This document shows positions 42,644 through 52,824 of a DNA stretch of 64,000 bases, one piece after another (the first letter of the stretch is position 1; each line of letters begins with the position of its first letter). This DNA is from an uncultured bacterium. GTDB lineage: Bacteria; Desulfobacterota; Deferrimicrobia; J040. Under the pieces are notes generated by a model that had not been told where the DNA came from, did no database searches, and saw nothing but the letters and a program-made list of their open reading frames with translations. The stretch lies in NCBI GenBank assembly GCA_964429585.1, contig CAYSCN010000003.1, positions 47,795-111,794 of the forward strand, in the 5' to 3' direction. The position numbers were made by a program, and so were the translations under genes.

Positions 42644-44073
42644 TGGCTCTCGAAATAAAACATAACCTCAGACTCCAGCAACAGTTAAAGTTAACGATCA
42701 CCCCACAGCTTCAGCAGGCCATAAAGCTCCTTCAGCTAACCAGGCTGGAGCTCGAACAGGCTATCAGGAACGAGCTCGAACAGAACCCGGTGCTCGAGGA
42801 AGTCATAGAACAGGAGCGTCCGGAGCCGGAAGGTGATTCCGAAGCTCGTGAAGTGGAAGGAGTGAAATCGGAGGGAAACGGCCTCGATGAGCCGGACTAC
42901 GAAGCTCTTTTCCCCGACGAGCCGTATGGAAGTTACAGGGTGGAGAGGGAAGCACAGGAGGAAGACGGGAGGCCGGTTTATGAAAACACCTTGAGGGTGG
43001 AGCTGTCACTGATAGAACATCTGATGACTCAGTTGTCCCTCGACGAATTCACCGAGGAACAGAGGAAAATAGGTGAATTTTTGATAGGAAACATCGACGA
43101 GAACGGGTATTTGATGGTCGAGGTGGAAGAGGTTGCCGATATGCTCGGCGTTTCTGCAGAGGAAGTGGAAGAAGTTCTCCAGAGAATTCAAAGGTTCGAT
43201 CCCACGGGGGTCGGCGCCAGGAATCTGAGAGAGTGCCTGATGGTACAGGCAGGGGAGAAGTTCGGTGATGGGTCGGTGGAATACCAAATATTGAGGGATC
43301 ACTTCGACAGGTTCATCAAGGGTGACATAGCGGGAATTTCCAGGGAGCTCGGGTTGGGGAAGGAGGAGGTTCAGGAGGCTTTCAGGAACATATCGAAGCT
43401 CGATCCAAAACCGGGCAGGTCCCATTCGACTTCCACGGTTCATTACGTTACTCCTGATATTTACGTCTACAAAGTCGGGAACGATTGGGTGATAGAGCTG
43501 AACGAGGACGGGCTGCCGAAACTCAGGATAAATTCCTACTACAGGCAATTGATCAAGAACAGAGACTCCCTTTCGAAGGAGGAGAGGGAGTATCTGAAGG
43601 AAAAAGTCAACTCGGCTGTCTGGTTCATAAAGAGCATATACCAGCGAAGGAAGACCATTTACAGAGTCATGGAATCCATCCTCAAACATCAGATAGAGTT
43701 TTTCGAGAGAGGCCCCGGACACCTGAGGCCGCTTACCTTGAAAGACGTGGCGGAAGACATTCAGATGCACGAGTCTACCGTGTCTAGAGTTACGAGCGGC
43801 AAGTACGTGCACACTCCTCACGGGTTGTTCGAGCTCAAGTACTTTTTCACCGGCGCCCTGTCGAAAAGTGATGGAGACTCGGTTGCTTCGGAGTCGGTAA
43901 AGGAGAAGATAAAGGAGCTCATAAAAAACGAAGATCCGTTGAAGCCGTTGAGTGACATTCAGATAGCGAAGATCCTCAAGTCTCAGGGGATAAACATAGC
44001 GAGGAGGACAGTGACGAAGTACCGGGAATCGCTCGGGATTTTGCCTTCGAACAAGAGGAAGAAGATATTTTGA
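42643..44073 (+). CDS. rpoN: RNA polymerase sigma-54 factor
   Basis: Region I MALEIKHNLRLQQQLKLTITPQLQQAIKLLQL. C-terminal HTH and RpoN box (ARRTVTKYRESLGI). Confidence 0.95.
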   Translation: MALEIKHNLRLQQQLKLTITPQLQQAIKLLQLTRLELEQAIRNELEQNPVLEEVIEQERPEPEGDSEAREVEGVKSEGNGLDEPDYEALFPDEPYGSYRVEREAQEEDGRPVYENTLRVELSLIEHLMTQLSLDEFTEEQRKIGEFLIGNIDENGYLMVEVEEVADMLGVSAEEVEEVLQRIQRFDPTGVGARNLRECLMVQAGEKFGDGSVEYQILRDHFDRFIKGDIAGISRELGLGKEEVQEAFRNISKLDPKPGRSHSTSTVHYVTPDIYVYKVGNDWVIELNEDGLPKLRINSYYRQLIKNRDSLSKEEREYLKEKVNSAVWFIKSIYQRRKTIYRVMESILKHQIEFFERGPGHLRPLTLKDVAEDIQMHESTVSRVTSGKYVHTPHGLFELKYFFTGALSKSDGDSVASESVKEKIKELIKNEDPLKPLSDIQIAKILKSQGINIARRTVTKYRESLGILPSNKRKKIF

Positions 44074-44155
44074 ACCGTTTGACTTCTATTGATTTTCCGG
44101 GGGTAATGCTTTAACATTATCAATCGCGCTTATATATACGGGCTGGAGGTAATAA

Positions 44156-44692
44156 ATGGCAATTACAGTGACGTTCAGGCACGTTGATCCTTCGCCGGCG
44201 CTTCGGGATTACGCCGTTGAGAAGCTGGAAAAGCTCGACAAGGTCATCAGGTCTTCATTCGACGCCAACGTTATCTTGAGCGTGGAGAAGTATCGCCATA
44301 TCGCGGAGGTGGTCCTCTACGCGAAGGGCATGAACGTCAAGGCGGTGGAGGAGACAGACAATCTTTATTCCGCGATCGACCTTGTGGTGGACAAGATCGA
44401 GAAACAGGTGAAAAAGCTCCGCGAGAAAAAGAAGGAACACTCGAATTACAGCCCTTCCGCCCCGCAGCCGGCGGTGGTCAAAGGGCCTGGAGGTGAAAGG
44501 CTTCCCGGGGATGAATACGAAATAGTGAAACTAACCAAGAACTTCATACCCAAGCCGACTACGCTGGATGATGCCATCAAGTTCATGGAATACAAAGGAA
44601 GAGACGTCATTCTCTTTTTGAACCACGAGACCAACAAATACACCGTGGTGTGCAAGCTCGAAGACGGCAGGATAGGTCTCATAGAACCGTAA
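44156..44692 (+). CDS. hpf: Ribosome hibernation promoting factor (long form)
   Basis: N-terminal sigma-54-modulation/RaiA fold plus C-terminal extension, 178 aa. Follows rpoN. Confidence 0.9.
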   Translation: MAITVTFRHVDPSPALRDYAVEKLEKLDKVIRSSFDANVILSVEKYRHIAEVVLYAKGMNVKAVEETDNLYSAIDLVVDKIEKQVKKLREKKKEHSNYSPSAPQPAVVKGPGGERLPGDEYEIVKLTKNFIPKPTTLDDAIKFMEYKGRDVILFLNHETNKYTVVCKLEDGRIGLIEP

Positions 44693-44723
44693 ACACGCGA
44701 AGAACGGGAGGCAGTGGTTACCT

Positions 44724-45185
44724 TTGAAGCTCTTTGATCTGATAACCGCCGAGACCATAATCGACGAGCTGCAAGCTGACACGAAGGAAGGAGTGATCAG
44801 GGAGCTTTGCGAGCGGATTGCCAGTGTGAACGATGAGATCGACGCAAGCGAGCTCTTCCGGATTCTCATGGAGAGGGAGAGCCTCGGTTCCACCGGTATA
44901 GGTGATGGAGTGGCTATACCTCACGGCAAGTATCCGGGGATAAAGTTTCTGGTTGGGGCTCTCGGGAGGAGCAGGAAAGGAGTCGATTTCCAGTCTATGG
45001 ACGGAAAGCCTGCCCACCTTTTCTTTCTGCTCGTGGCTCCTGAAAATTCGGCTGGCCTTCACCTGAAGGCACTGGCAAGAATTTCGAGGATTTTCAAGAT
45101 AGAAAGACTGCGCAAAAGACTTCTCGAAGCGGCGTCGAAGGATGAGATGATAGAGATCTTGAAGGAAGAGGATGAGAGGGTATGA
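44724..45185 (+). CDS. ptsN: PTS IIA-like nitrogen regulatory protein PtsN (EIIA-Ntr)
   Basis: Fructose/mannitol-type EIIA fold with phosphorylatable His in GIGDGVAIPHGK. Located between hpf and hprK. Confidence 0.85.
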   Translation: MKLFDLITAETIIDELQADTKEGVIRELCERIASVNDEIDASELFRILMERESLGSTGIGDGVAIPHGKYPGIKFLVGALGRSRKGVDFQSMDGKPAHLFFLLVAPENSAGLHLKALARISRIFKIERLRKRLLEAASKDEMIEILKEEDERV

Positions 45186-45206
45186 TCTCCGGAGCGACAG
45201 AGGTAT

Positions 45207-46169
45207 ATGAGGAGCATAACTGTAGAAAAGCTGTTGAGGGACAACCGCCAGGACCTTGGACTTCGAATCTACGCCGGAAGGGCAGGTAAAGACCGGAAGA
45301 TTGAAACCCCCCGCATTCAGAAGTCCGCTCTCCTTTTTGCCGGGATATTCAGGGCATTTCATCCAGACAGAATTCAGGTTGCCAGCGAGGCGGAACGGCT
45401 CTTTTTCGGTTCTCTCGTCGAGGAAAAGAAGAAAGCGGTTATCGAGAAACTCATTTCTTCACATGTTCCGTGCCTAATATTTGCGGATGGCGTCAAGCCC
45501 CCTCCAGAGCTCAGGCGGGCAGCATCCGAAAAAGCGTTTCCGGTTTTAGTCACGGAAATGGACGTGTCCACCGTGATAGAGAAGTTGATGAGCTATCTTT
45601 CTCTCGAGCTGGCCGATAGAACGAGCGTTCACGGGGTTTTTCTGGACGTCTACGGTGTTGGGGTTCTCATCACTGGAGAGAGCGGAATCGGGAAGAGCGA
45701 ATGCGCTCTCGATCTCATCACGAAGGGGCACCGTTTCGTGGCCGATGACGTGATCGAGATCGAGAAAAGAGGGAAGAAGGTTCTTCTCGGTAAGGGGGCG
45801 GACGTAATAAAGCATTACATGGAGATAAGGGGGCTCGGGATAATCAATATCAGAGACCTGTTCGGGCTATCTTCGATAGTCGATTCGAAGGCGATAGACT
45901 TGATAGTTGAATTCGAGTACTGGGATTCATCAAAGGAATACGACAGGATCGGGCTGGAAGCCGAGGAGAGAGAGATACTCGGAGTCAAGGTTCCCGCCAT
46001 CAGGATTCCCGTCAGTCCTGCGAGGAATCTTTCAACTCTCGTCGAAGTGGCGGTAAGGAATCACATTCTGAAACAATCCGGGATAAATTCTGCGGAAAAA
46101 TTTTTGAAGCGACACAGAAAGGTGCTTCTTTCCGATAAAAAAGAAGAGAGGGAAGACGGCTCGAGGTGA
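45207..46169 (+). CDS. hprK: HPr kinase/phosphorylase
   Basis: C-terminal P-loop GESGIGKSE and HPrK signature …EIRGLGII…. Confidence 0.92.
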   Translation: MRSITVEKLLRDNRQDLGLRIYAGRAGKDRKIETPRIQKSALLFAGIFRAFHPDRIQVASEAERLFFGSLVEEKKKAVIEKLISSHVPCLIFADGVKPPPELRRAASEKAFPVLVTEMDVSTVIEKLMSYLSLELADRTSVHGVFLDVYGVGVLITGESGIGKSECALDLITKGHRFVADDVIEIEKRGKKVLLGKGADVIKHYMEIRGLGIINIRDLFGLSSIVDSKAIDLIVEFEYWDSSKEYDRIGLEAEEREILGVKVPAIRIPVSPARNLSTLVEVAVRNHILKQSGINSAEKFLKRHRKVLLSDKKEEREDGSR

Positions 46170-46204
46170 GAATCGTTTTTGGTTGAGATTCCGTTTGCGA
46201 ATGT

Positions 46205-47092
46205 ATGGACGAAGGTAAGGTCATGGGAAAGCCGCAGGTGTTGATAATAACGGGTATTTCCGGATCCGGAAAGAGCACGGTCCTCAAGGTTCTCGAGGAT
46301 GCGGGATACTACTGCGTCGACAACGTGCCGGTCGTGATAATTCCGAGAGTGGTCGAGATTCTGACGGGGGAAGATCTGGGGAAGGAAAGGCTTGCTTTCG
46401 TGATAGATGTGAGAGGCAAGGAGTTTCTGGACCAGTTTCCGGAGTTTATCGGTGAACTCGACAGGATGGGGGTTCAGCGGAAGGTTTTGTTCCTGGACTG
46501 CAGGGATGATGTTCTGTTCAGGCGCTACAAGGAGACCAGGAGGAAACACCCTCTTTCTGAGACGGGCAACCCCCTCGAGGGGATAGAGAGGGAGAGGGAG
46601 CTGCTCTCCGCCGTGAACGAATACGTGGATCTTTACATAGATACGAGCGAAATGAACGTGCATCAGCTTCGGGATTACATTCTCAAGGAAATGCCGGGGA
46701 GTGAGCTCACGGGGATACACGTGACGATCCTGTCTTTCGGGTTCAAATACGGCATCCCTGCAGAAGCGGATCTGGTGTTCGATGTTAGATTTCTTCCAAA
46801 CCCGCATTTTGATCCTGCTTTGAGAAACAAAACCGGGCTGGACCCCGATGTGCGCGAATACGTTTTCAAAAGGAGCATAACGGCCGAATTCGTTTCTAGA
46901 CTTCTCGACTTCATCGAATTTCTGCTTCCCCACTTCGTTCGGGAGGGGAAGGTCTATCTCACGATAGCGATAGGTTGCACTGGGGGGAGGCACAGATCCG
47001 TGGCACTTGTCGAGGAAATTGCGAGATTACTAAAGAATCGACAGGATAGTGTTAATATAGATGTGAGGCACAGGGATTACACAAGAGAATAA
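46205..47092 (+). CDS. rapZ: RNase adapter protein RapZ (YhbJ; P-loop NTPase)
   Basis: ITGISGSGKST Walker A and a RapZ C-terminal domain (…IAIGCTGGRHRSV…). An alternative start is ATG 46223. Confidence 0.9.
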   Translation: MDEGKVMGKPQVLIITGISGSGKSTVLKVLEDAGYYCVDNVPVVIIPRVVEILTGEDLGKERLAFVIDVRGKEFLDQFPEFIGELDRMGVQRKVLFLDCRDDVLFRRYKETRRKHPLSETGNPLEGIERERELLSAVNEYVDLYIDTSEMNVHQLRDYILKEMPGSELTGIHVTILSFGFKYGIPAEADLVFDVRFLPNPHFDPALRNKTGLDPDVREYVFKRSITAEFVSRLLDFIEFLLPHFVREGKVYLTIAIGCTGGRHRSVALVEEIARLLKNRQDSVNIDVRHRDYTRE

Positions 47093-47108
47093 AATCGGGA
47101 GAGAGAAG

Positions 47109-47528
47109 ATGGTTGGAATCGTTATAGTGAGTCACGGAAAGCTTGCGACGGAGCTTCTGCAGACGGCGGAATTGATCGTGGGAAAAATCGAAAACGCCCT
47201 CGCCATAGACATAGATCCATCAGCCGGGATGGAAAAGATTCACGACGAGATCGAGAAGGCAATAAAGAAGATGAACAGCGGCGATGGTGTCCTGATCATG
47301 ACGGATATGTTCGGTGGAACCCCGTCTAACATATCCCTGTCCTTTTTGGACAGGTACAAGGTGGAGGTGATAACGGGGGTCAATGTCCCCATGCTCGTCA
47401 GGGTTCCGGCGGCGCGCGAAAACAGGGATCTGGTGGAACTGGCGCGGTTCATCAAGGAATACGGACAGAAAAACATAACCGTCGCCAGTGAAATATTGAA
47501 AAGGAAGGTTGGGAGGGGAACCTCTTGA
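47109..47528 (+). CDS. PTS mannose-family EIIA component
   Basis: GIVIVSHG (phospho-His) N-terminus typical of EIIA-Man. Confidence 0.85.
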   Translation: MVGIVIVSHGKLATELLQTAELIVGKIENALAIDIDPSAGMEKIHDEIEKAIKKMNSGDGVLIMTDMFGGTPSNISLSFLDRYKVEVITGVNVPMLVRVPAARENRDLVELARFIKEYGQKNITVASEILKRKVGRGTS

Positions 47529-47992
47529 ACGTGGTTCTGCTCAGAGTCGATTCGAGACTCGTTCACGGTCAGGTCATAGAGGCCTGGCTTCCTTACGTCG
47601 ACGTCGACGTCATCTGCGTCGTCGATGATGCCACGGTTTCAAATCCAATGCTCCGAGAAGTGATGTCTCTCGCTGTGCCTTCTCACGTCGAGCTTTTCTT
47701 TTTCGGCGTCGAGGAATTCATTTCAGGAAGATGCCCCGGGAGCGTCAACAGGGCGAAAACTCTCGTTCTTTGCAGGGATTTGAAAGTGGCTGAGAAGCTT
47801 GTCAGGTCCTGTAAGTGGATAAGAAAGGTGAATGTGGGAAATCTTCAGTCCGGCCCGGGCAAGAAGTGCCTGGGCCCCACGATATTCCTTGGCGACGAGG
47901 ACTGGGAAATAATACAGAAGCTCAGAGAGCATGGTGTGGATGTCGACGCCAGAGCCGTCCCAAGCGACGTAAACCTCTTCGAAAGCTTTTGA
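47525..47992 (+). CDS. PTS mannose/sorbose-family EIIB component
   Basis: LLRVDSRLVHGQV is the EIIB-Man phospho-His motif. Confidence 0.85.
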   Translation: MNVVLLRVDSRLVHGQVIEAWLPYVDVDVICVVDDATVSNPMLREVMSLAVPSHVELFFFGVEEFISGRCPGSVNRAKTLVLCRDLKVAEKLVRSCKWIRKVNVGNLQSGPGKKCLGPTIFLGDEDWEIIQKLREHGVDVDARAVPSDVNLFESF

Positions 47993-48009
47993 TCGAAAGG
48001 AGCGAGGAA

Positions 48010-48726
48010 TTGGGAGGATTGTTTCTCCTCGGGAAAATAACCATTGTTTCGGTTGTCGTGGGAATTCTCTATATGGATCGAGTGGCTGTATTCCAGGGAA
48101 TGCTCCACAGACCCATCGTCGTGTCCCTCGTGGGAGGTTTGATTCTGGGTGCCCTGCGGGAGAGCATGATGGCGGGACTTCTGCTCGAGATTCTCTGGAT
48201 TGCCAGGCTTCCGGTGGGGGCGACGGTTCCTCCCGATGATACAACTGCCGCCCTTTTCGCTGTGTGCGCAATAACTGCGCTGTCTTCATTCAGAACAATC
48301 ACCATGGCCGATGTGGGGTTCGTGGTTTCCGTGTCGGTGGTTGTCGGAGAGGTTGCCAAAGAGGCGGATATATTCGTCAGAAAAATAAACGCCAGGATAG
48401 CCAGATACGCCAGGACGGCGGTGGAGCTCGGGGACTTCAGGACTTTCGAGTCTTCGGTCTTCGCATCGCTCATGGTCTGGCTCGTCGCCGGCGTGTCCGT
48501 CTCATTGTTGACGGGATTTGTCGGAACGGCTGTGGGAAGGACCGTTGGGGAATTTTTGCCCCTCGAGATGATAAAGCTCTTCAGGATAATGTATTTCATA
48601 ATTCCTGCAGTCGGGGTGGTGAGTTTGTATCAGCACTGCCGGGTCGGCAACAGAGGAGCGGTTTTTCACACTGCCCTCGCGTCGGGAGCACTGGTTTTCG
48701 TACTCTTCGAACTGGGGGTGATTTGA
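48010..48726 (+). CDS. PTS mannose-family EIIC component (membrane)
   Basis: In-frame TTG 48010 preceded by AAGGAG at 47996-48001. A polytopic membrane protein with the ManY-like segment (…GGLILGALRE…LLLEILWIARLP…). Confidence 0.7.
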   Translation: MGGLFLLGKITIVSVVVGILYMDRVAVFQGMLHRPIVVSLVGGLILGALRESMMAGLLLEILWIARLPVGATVPPDDTTAALFAVCAITALSSFRTITMADVGFVVSVSVVVGEVAKEADIFVRKINARIARYARTAVELGDFRTFESSVFASLMVWLVAGVSVSLLTGFVGTAVGRTVGEFLPLEMIKLFRIMYFIIPAVGVVSLYQHCRVGNRGAVFHTALASGALVFVLFELGVI

Positions 48727-48727
48727 G

Positions 48728-49486
48728 GTGTTGACCAGGGCAACGCGGATGAAAGTCCTTTTAAGGAGCTTTTTCATACAGGCTTGCTGGAACTTCGAAG
48801 ACATGCAGAGCGTTGGGTTTCTCTACGCGGTGTTGCCTGGCCTGAGGGAAATATACGGCGATGACGTGGAGGGTTTGCGGGAGGCGGCGAAAAGGCACGT
48901 GGAGTTTTTCAATGCTCATCCTTATCTGGCGAATTCCGCTATGGGGCTCGCGCTCAGGCTCGAGGTCATGGTGAAAGAGGGCAAAATGGACGCGGGCTCC
49001 GTGAATTCGACGAAAGTCGGGTTGATGGGTTCTTTGGGGGCGATAGGTGACTCCTTTTTCTGGGGTTCGGTGAAGCCGATGGCTTCCATACTCGGTGTTC
49101 TCGTATCTCTGTTCAGTCCCGTTCTCGGAGTTCTGTTTATGCTGGGGTTTTACAATTATTTTCACCTCGATTCGAGGATAAAGGGTTTCGACTCCGGCCT
49201 GAGAGGCTCGGAGGGGATATACAGGTTCCTCAAAGAGGGGAGGTTTGCTGAGAAAAACGAGGCGTTCAGGGGGTTGCTCCTCGTTTTGATGGGGGTGTAT
49301 CTGGGATATTACGTTGGCTCGGTAATTCCGCATCCCTTCAGTCTCGGTGTGGCGTCGGTTCACTTCGCCACGTGTCTGGTTCTGGTGGTGGCGCTCGAGT
49401 TCGTTTACAGGAAGATTTCGGTAGTGTCGGAACTGGTGGTTTTCTCGGCACTTTTCGTTGTCCTGTTATCACTTGTTGCGAGGTGA
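48728..49486 (+). CDS. PTS mannose-family EIID component (membrane)
   Basis: GTG start. ManZ-like N-terminal cytoplasmic region (…SFFIQACWNFEDMQSVGFLYA…HVEFFNAHPY…) and C-terminal TM helices. Confidence 0.8.
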   Translation: MLTRATRMKVLLRSFFIQACWNFEDMQSVGFLYAVLPGLREIYGDDVEGLREAAKRHVEFFNAHPYLANSAMGLALRLEVMVKEGKMDAGSVNSTKVGLMGSLGAIGDSFFWGSVKPMASILGVLVSLFSPVLGVLFMLGFYNYFHLDSRIKGFDSGLRGSEGIYRFLKEGRFAEKNEAFRGLLLVLMGVYLGYYVGSVIPHPFSLGVASVHFATCLVLVVALEFVYRKISVVSELVVFSALFVVLLSLVAR

Positions 49487-49494
49487 GTGGAAAG

Positions 49495-49785
49495 ATGGAG
49501 AAAGCCCGTGAACATCATGTCGTAAGAGATTTCGAGATAACCAACGAACTTGGACTTCACGCGAGAGCGGCGTCCGCCCTCGCGAATCTGGCGGGGAAGT
49601 TCAATTCGGAGATAAAGATCGTCAAGGATGGAGTGGAGGTGAACGGTAAGAGCATCATGGGGATTCTGATGCTTGCCGCTCCAAAGGGCTCCGTAATAAC
49701 CGTTCAGGCGAAGGGGGAGGATGCCCGGGAGGCGATCGACGCGATAGGCAACCTCATCAAAGACCGATTCGGAGAAGAAAAGTGA
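49495..49785 (+). CDS. ptsH: Phosphocarrier protein HPr
   Basis: ATG 49495 after RBS GAGGTGAGTGG. His15 motif NELGLHARAAS and Ser46 motif GKSIMGILML are both present. Confidence 0.9.
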   Translation: MEKAREHHVVRDFEITNELGLHARAASALANLAGKFNSEIKIVKDGVEVNGKSIMGILMLAAPKGSVITVQAKGEDAREAIDAIGNLIKDRFGEEK

Positions 49786-51548
49786 GTTTCAGGGAAAGAA
49801 AGAACATAGTGCTTAGGGGGATTCCGGCTTCTCCCGGTATAGCGATTGCCAGGGGATTCTTTCTGGAGAGGTCTCTTCCCAATTTCGTGAAGTCTTACGT
49901 GCCCGATTACCTTGTGGAGGAGGAAGTCAAGAAATTCCGTCTGGCAGTCGAAAAGTCGAAGGATCAGATAAGAGAGATAAAGGACTCTCTTCCGGACCGA
50001 GAGAGCGATCACTACAGGATACTGGAGGTACATCTGGGGCTTTTGGAAGACTCGATGTTGATAGATTCCACTATAAAGCTCATACGCGATTATCACTTCA
50101 AGGCCGAGTGGGCGTTGAACAGGGTTCTCTCGGGAATCATGGAGAGTTTCCGAAGGATAGAAGATGCTTACCTGAAAGAGAGGGGGGACGATATAAAGCA
50201 GATAGCGCACCGCATCTTCGAGAATCTCGCCGGCAAGAGGGTCGATTCGATACAGGACGTCGATGATGATGTGATCGTCGTGGCGCATGATCTCTCTCCT
50301 GCGGATACCGCCCAGATGCTCGGCAAACCCGTAAGAGGGTTTGCCACCGATGTGGGCAGCAGGACGTCTCACACTGCTATCGTCGCTCGTTCCATCGGCA
50401 TACCGGCGGTCGTGGGGCTTGGGAACATAACCGAGGCTTTTCTTCCAGGGTCCTCCCTCATTGTGGATGGTTACGAAGGGGTGGTGATAATCGAGCCGGA
50501 TCAGGATGCGGAGGAAAGATACATGCGACGCCTTGAGAAACTGGAGAAAAAACGCAAGAGCCTGGTCAAGTTTTCCAAGCTGCCCGCGGTTACGAGGGAT
50601 GGGTATTCTTTCAGCGTGATGGCGAACATAGAGCTGCCAGATGAAGCGGAACAGGCAATCTACATGGGGGCGGATGGGATAGGCCTTTACAGGACGGAGT
50701 TCCTCTTCCTCAACAGGAGGACTCTGCCGGACGAGGAGGAGCAGTTTCGGATATACAGGGAGGTGGTGGAAAAATTCCAGGATGCGCCGGTGGTTATTCG
50801 AACGATAGATCTGGGTGGAGACAAATTCGCCAGCCACGTCGACCTTGCAGACGAGATGAATCCCGCCATGGGCTTGAGGGCCATAAGGTTCTGCCTGAGA
50901 GAGAGGGAGATATTCAGGACCCAGCTTAGAGCCATCCTCCGCGCTTCACACTACGGGAACGTGAAAATTCTGATCCCTATGATATCGGGGGTTCAGGAGG
51001 TCAGGGAAACAAAGAGGATCCTTGAGGAGATAAAGGCGGAACTCAAGCGAGAGGGACATCCCATGGGGGATGATATTCACTTCGGGATAATGATAGAAGT
51101 TCCCTCCGCTGCGATGATAGCCGATATTCTGGCGAAAAAGGTGGATTTTTTCAGTATAGGGACGAACGACCTGATTCAGTATTCTCTTGCCATAGACAGG
51201 GTGAACGAATACGTGACCTATCTATACGATCCGCTCCATCCAGCTTTGTTGAGAATGATAAAAAGCGTTGTCGATTCTGCCAGGGACAATGGGATAGAAA
51301 TCGGAATGTGCGGCGAGATGGCGGGAGAGCCTTTGTACATTCCAGTGCTGGTGGGATTGGGGATAGAAGTGCTCAGCATGAACTCGGCATCCATTCCGAT
51401 TGCGAAGACGATCATCAGAAAATCCTACAAGAAGGAACTGGAGGAGCTCGTTTCCGAGCTGTTCAGCTACGAGTCCGGCGAGGAGGTCCACAGAAGGGTG
51501 AGACAGGAGTTCGAGAGGCTGTATCCCGAAGAATTGAATGATAGGTGA
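49782..51548 (+). CDS. ptsI: Phosphoenolpyruvate-protein phosphotransferase (PTS Enzyme I)
   Basis: GTG start overlapping the ptsH stop. Phospho-His region GSRTSHTAIVARS. PEP-utilising C-terminal domain with GMCGEMAGEP active-site Cys. Confidence 0.93.
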   Translation: MSFRERKNIVLRGIPASPGIAIARGFFLERSLPNFVKSYVPDYLVEEEVKKFRLAVEKSKDQIREIKDSLPDRESDHYRILEVHLGLLEDSMLIDSTIKLIRDYHFKAEWALNRVLSGIMESFRRIEDAYLKERGDDIKQIAHRIFENLAGKRVDSIQDVDDDVIVVAHDLSPADTAQMLGKPVRGFATDVGSRTSHTAIVARSIGIPAVVGLGNITEAFLPGSSLIVDGYEGVVIIEPDQDAEERYMRRLEKLEKKRKSLVKFSKLPAVTRDGYSFSVMANIELPDEAEQAIYMGADGIGLYRTEFLFLNRRTLPDEEEQFRIYREVVEKFQDAPVVIRTIDLGGDKFASHVDLADEMNPAMGLRAIRFCLREREIFRTQLRAILRASHYGNVKILIPMISGVQEVRETKRILEEIKAELKREGHPMGDDIHFGIMIEVPSAAMIADILAKKVDFFSIGTNDLIQYSLAIDRVNEYVTYLYDPLHPALLRMIKSVVDSARDNGIEIGMCGEMAGEPLYIPVLVGLGIEVLSMNSASIPIAKTIIRKSYKKELEELVSELFSYESGEEVHRRVRQEFERLYPEELNDR

Positions 51549-51610
51549 GCGTTTTTATGGTATAAGTTCAATTTGACTTTCAAAAAGAGAAAAAAATCGG
51601 GAGAGAGGAG

Positions 51611-52774
51611 ATGATAGAGAGGCCCTATCTTTTTACGTCCGAATCGGTGACGGAAGGACACCCTGACAAGATAGCGGATCAGATTTCCGATGCGATTCTC
51701 GACGAAATAATTGCGAAAGACCCGGAGGCTCGGGTTGCCTGTGAGGTGCTTGTGACCACCGGAATTGTATTCATGGCGGGTGAAATAACGACAGGCGCTT
51801 CTTATGATCCACCTTCTATAGCCAGAGAAGTCATAAGAAGCATCGGCTACACTTCATCGGATATGGGGTTCGATGCGGACACCTGCAGCGTGGTGACCGC
51901 GTTCAACAGGCAGTCGCCGGACATAGCTATGGGCGTTAACCGCGGGTCGGACGAAGAGCAGGGAGCCGGTGATCAGGGAATGATGTTCGGTTTTGCCTGC
52001 GATGAGACTCCGGAACTCATGCCTCTCCCCATAATGATGGCACACAAAATATCCAGAAGGCTCGCTCAATGTCGCAAGGAAAACATACTGCCCTTTCTGA
52101 GACCGGACGGGAAGTGCCAGGTCACCATAAAATACGACGGCGGCAAGCCCATCGGGGTGACCACCGTGGTAGTTTCTTCGCAGCATGCTCCGGACGTGAA
52201 GTTCGAGGTGCTGAGGGAAGGAATAATAGAAGAGGTGGTCAAGAAGGTTCTGCCTCCGGAGTTCATCACCCCCGAGACCCGGTATCTGGTGAATCCCACG
52301 GGTAAGTTCGAGACAGGGGGGCCGATGGGTGATACCGGTCTGACGGGCAGGAAGATAATCGTGGATACCTATGGGGGCTACAGCAGACACGGAGGAGGGG
52401 CTTTCTCCGGCAAGGACCCCTCCAAGGTGGACAGGAGCGCCTCTTACATGGCTCGCTACATTGCGAAGAACATAGTGGCTGCGGGACTTGCGAGCAAATG
52501 CGAAATTCAGATCTCGTACGCCATTGGAGTAGCAGAGCCCATTTCCGTGAACCTCGACTTTTTCGGAACGGGAAAGGTGCCCGAAGAGTTGGTGGAAAAG
52601 GTTATCCCGGAGATTTTCGACATGAGGCCCGGGTTGATAATAAGGGAGCTGGATCTTCTGAGACCGATCTACAGGAGGACTGCTGCATACGGACACTTCG
52701 GGAGGGAAGAAGAAGAGTTTACCTGGGAGAAAGTAGATCGCGCCGAGAAGATAAGAGAGTTGGTCGGAGTTTGA
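51611..52774 (+). CDS. metK: S-adenosylmethionine synthetase
   Basis: [26 protein letters not shown]-terminus and [17 protein letters not shown] signature. Confidence 0.95.
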   Translation: MIERPYLFTSESVTEGHPDKIADQISDAILDEIIAKDPEARVACEVLVTTGIVFMAGEITTGASYDPPSIAREVIRSIGYTSSDMGFDADTCSVVTAFNRQSPDIAMGVNRGSDEEQGAGDQGMMFGFACDETPELMPLPIMMAHKISRRLAQCRKENILPFLRPDGKCQVTIKYDGGKPIGVTTVVVSSQHAPDVKFEVLREGIIEEVVKKVLPPEFITPETRYLVNPTGKFETGGPMGDTGLTGRKIIVDTYGGYSRHGGGAFSGKDPSKVDRSASYMARYIAKNIVAAGLASKCEIQISYAIGVAEPISVNLDFFGTGKVPEELVEKVIPEIFDMRPGLIIRELDLLRPIYRRTAAYGHFGREEEEFTWEKVDRAEKIRELVGV

Positions 52775-52824
52775 ACCGGTTGCGGTTTTGCGCATTCGAT
52801 CCCCCAAAGTCGTAAAAGGAGAGT

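Noticed and set aside
47815-48009. N-terminal 65 codons of the ORF-track version of the PTS IIC gene
   Set aside because: This part overlaps the EIIB gene in another frame and has an Arg/Gly/Cys-rich non-membrane composition. The in-frame TTG 48010 with an AAGGAG RBS just after the EIIB stop is the more plausible start.
51549-51610. Possible SAM riboswitch upstream of metK
   Set aside because: The intergenic region is only 62 nt, too short for a SAM-I/II/IV aptamer plus expression platform, and no conserved aptamer core was visible.
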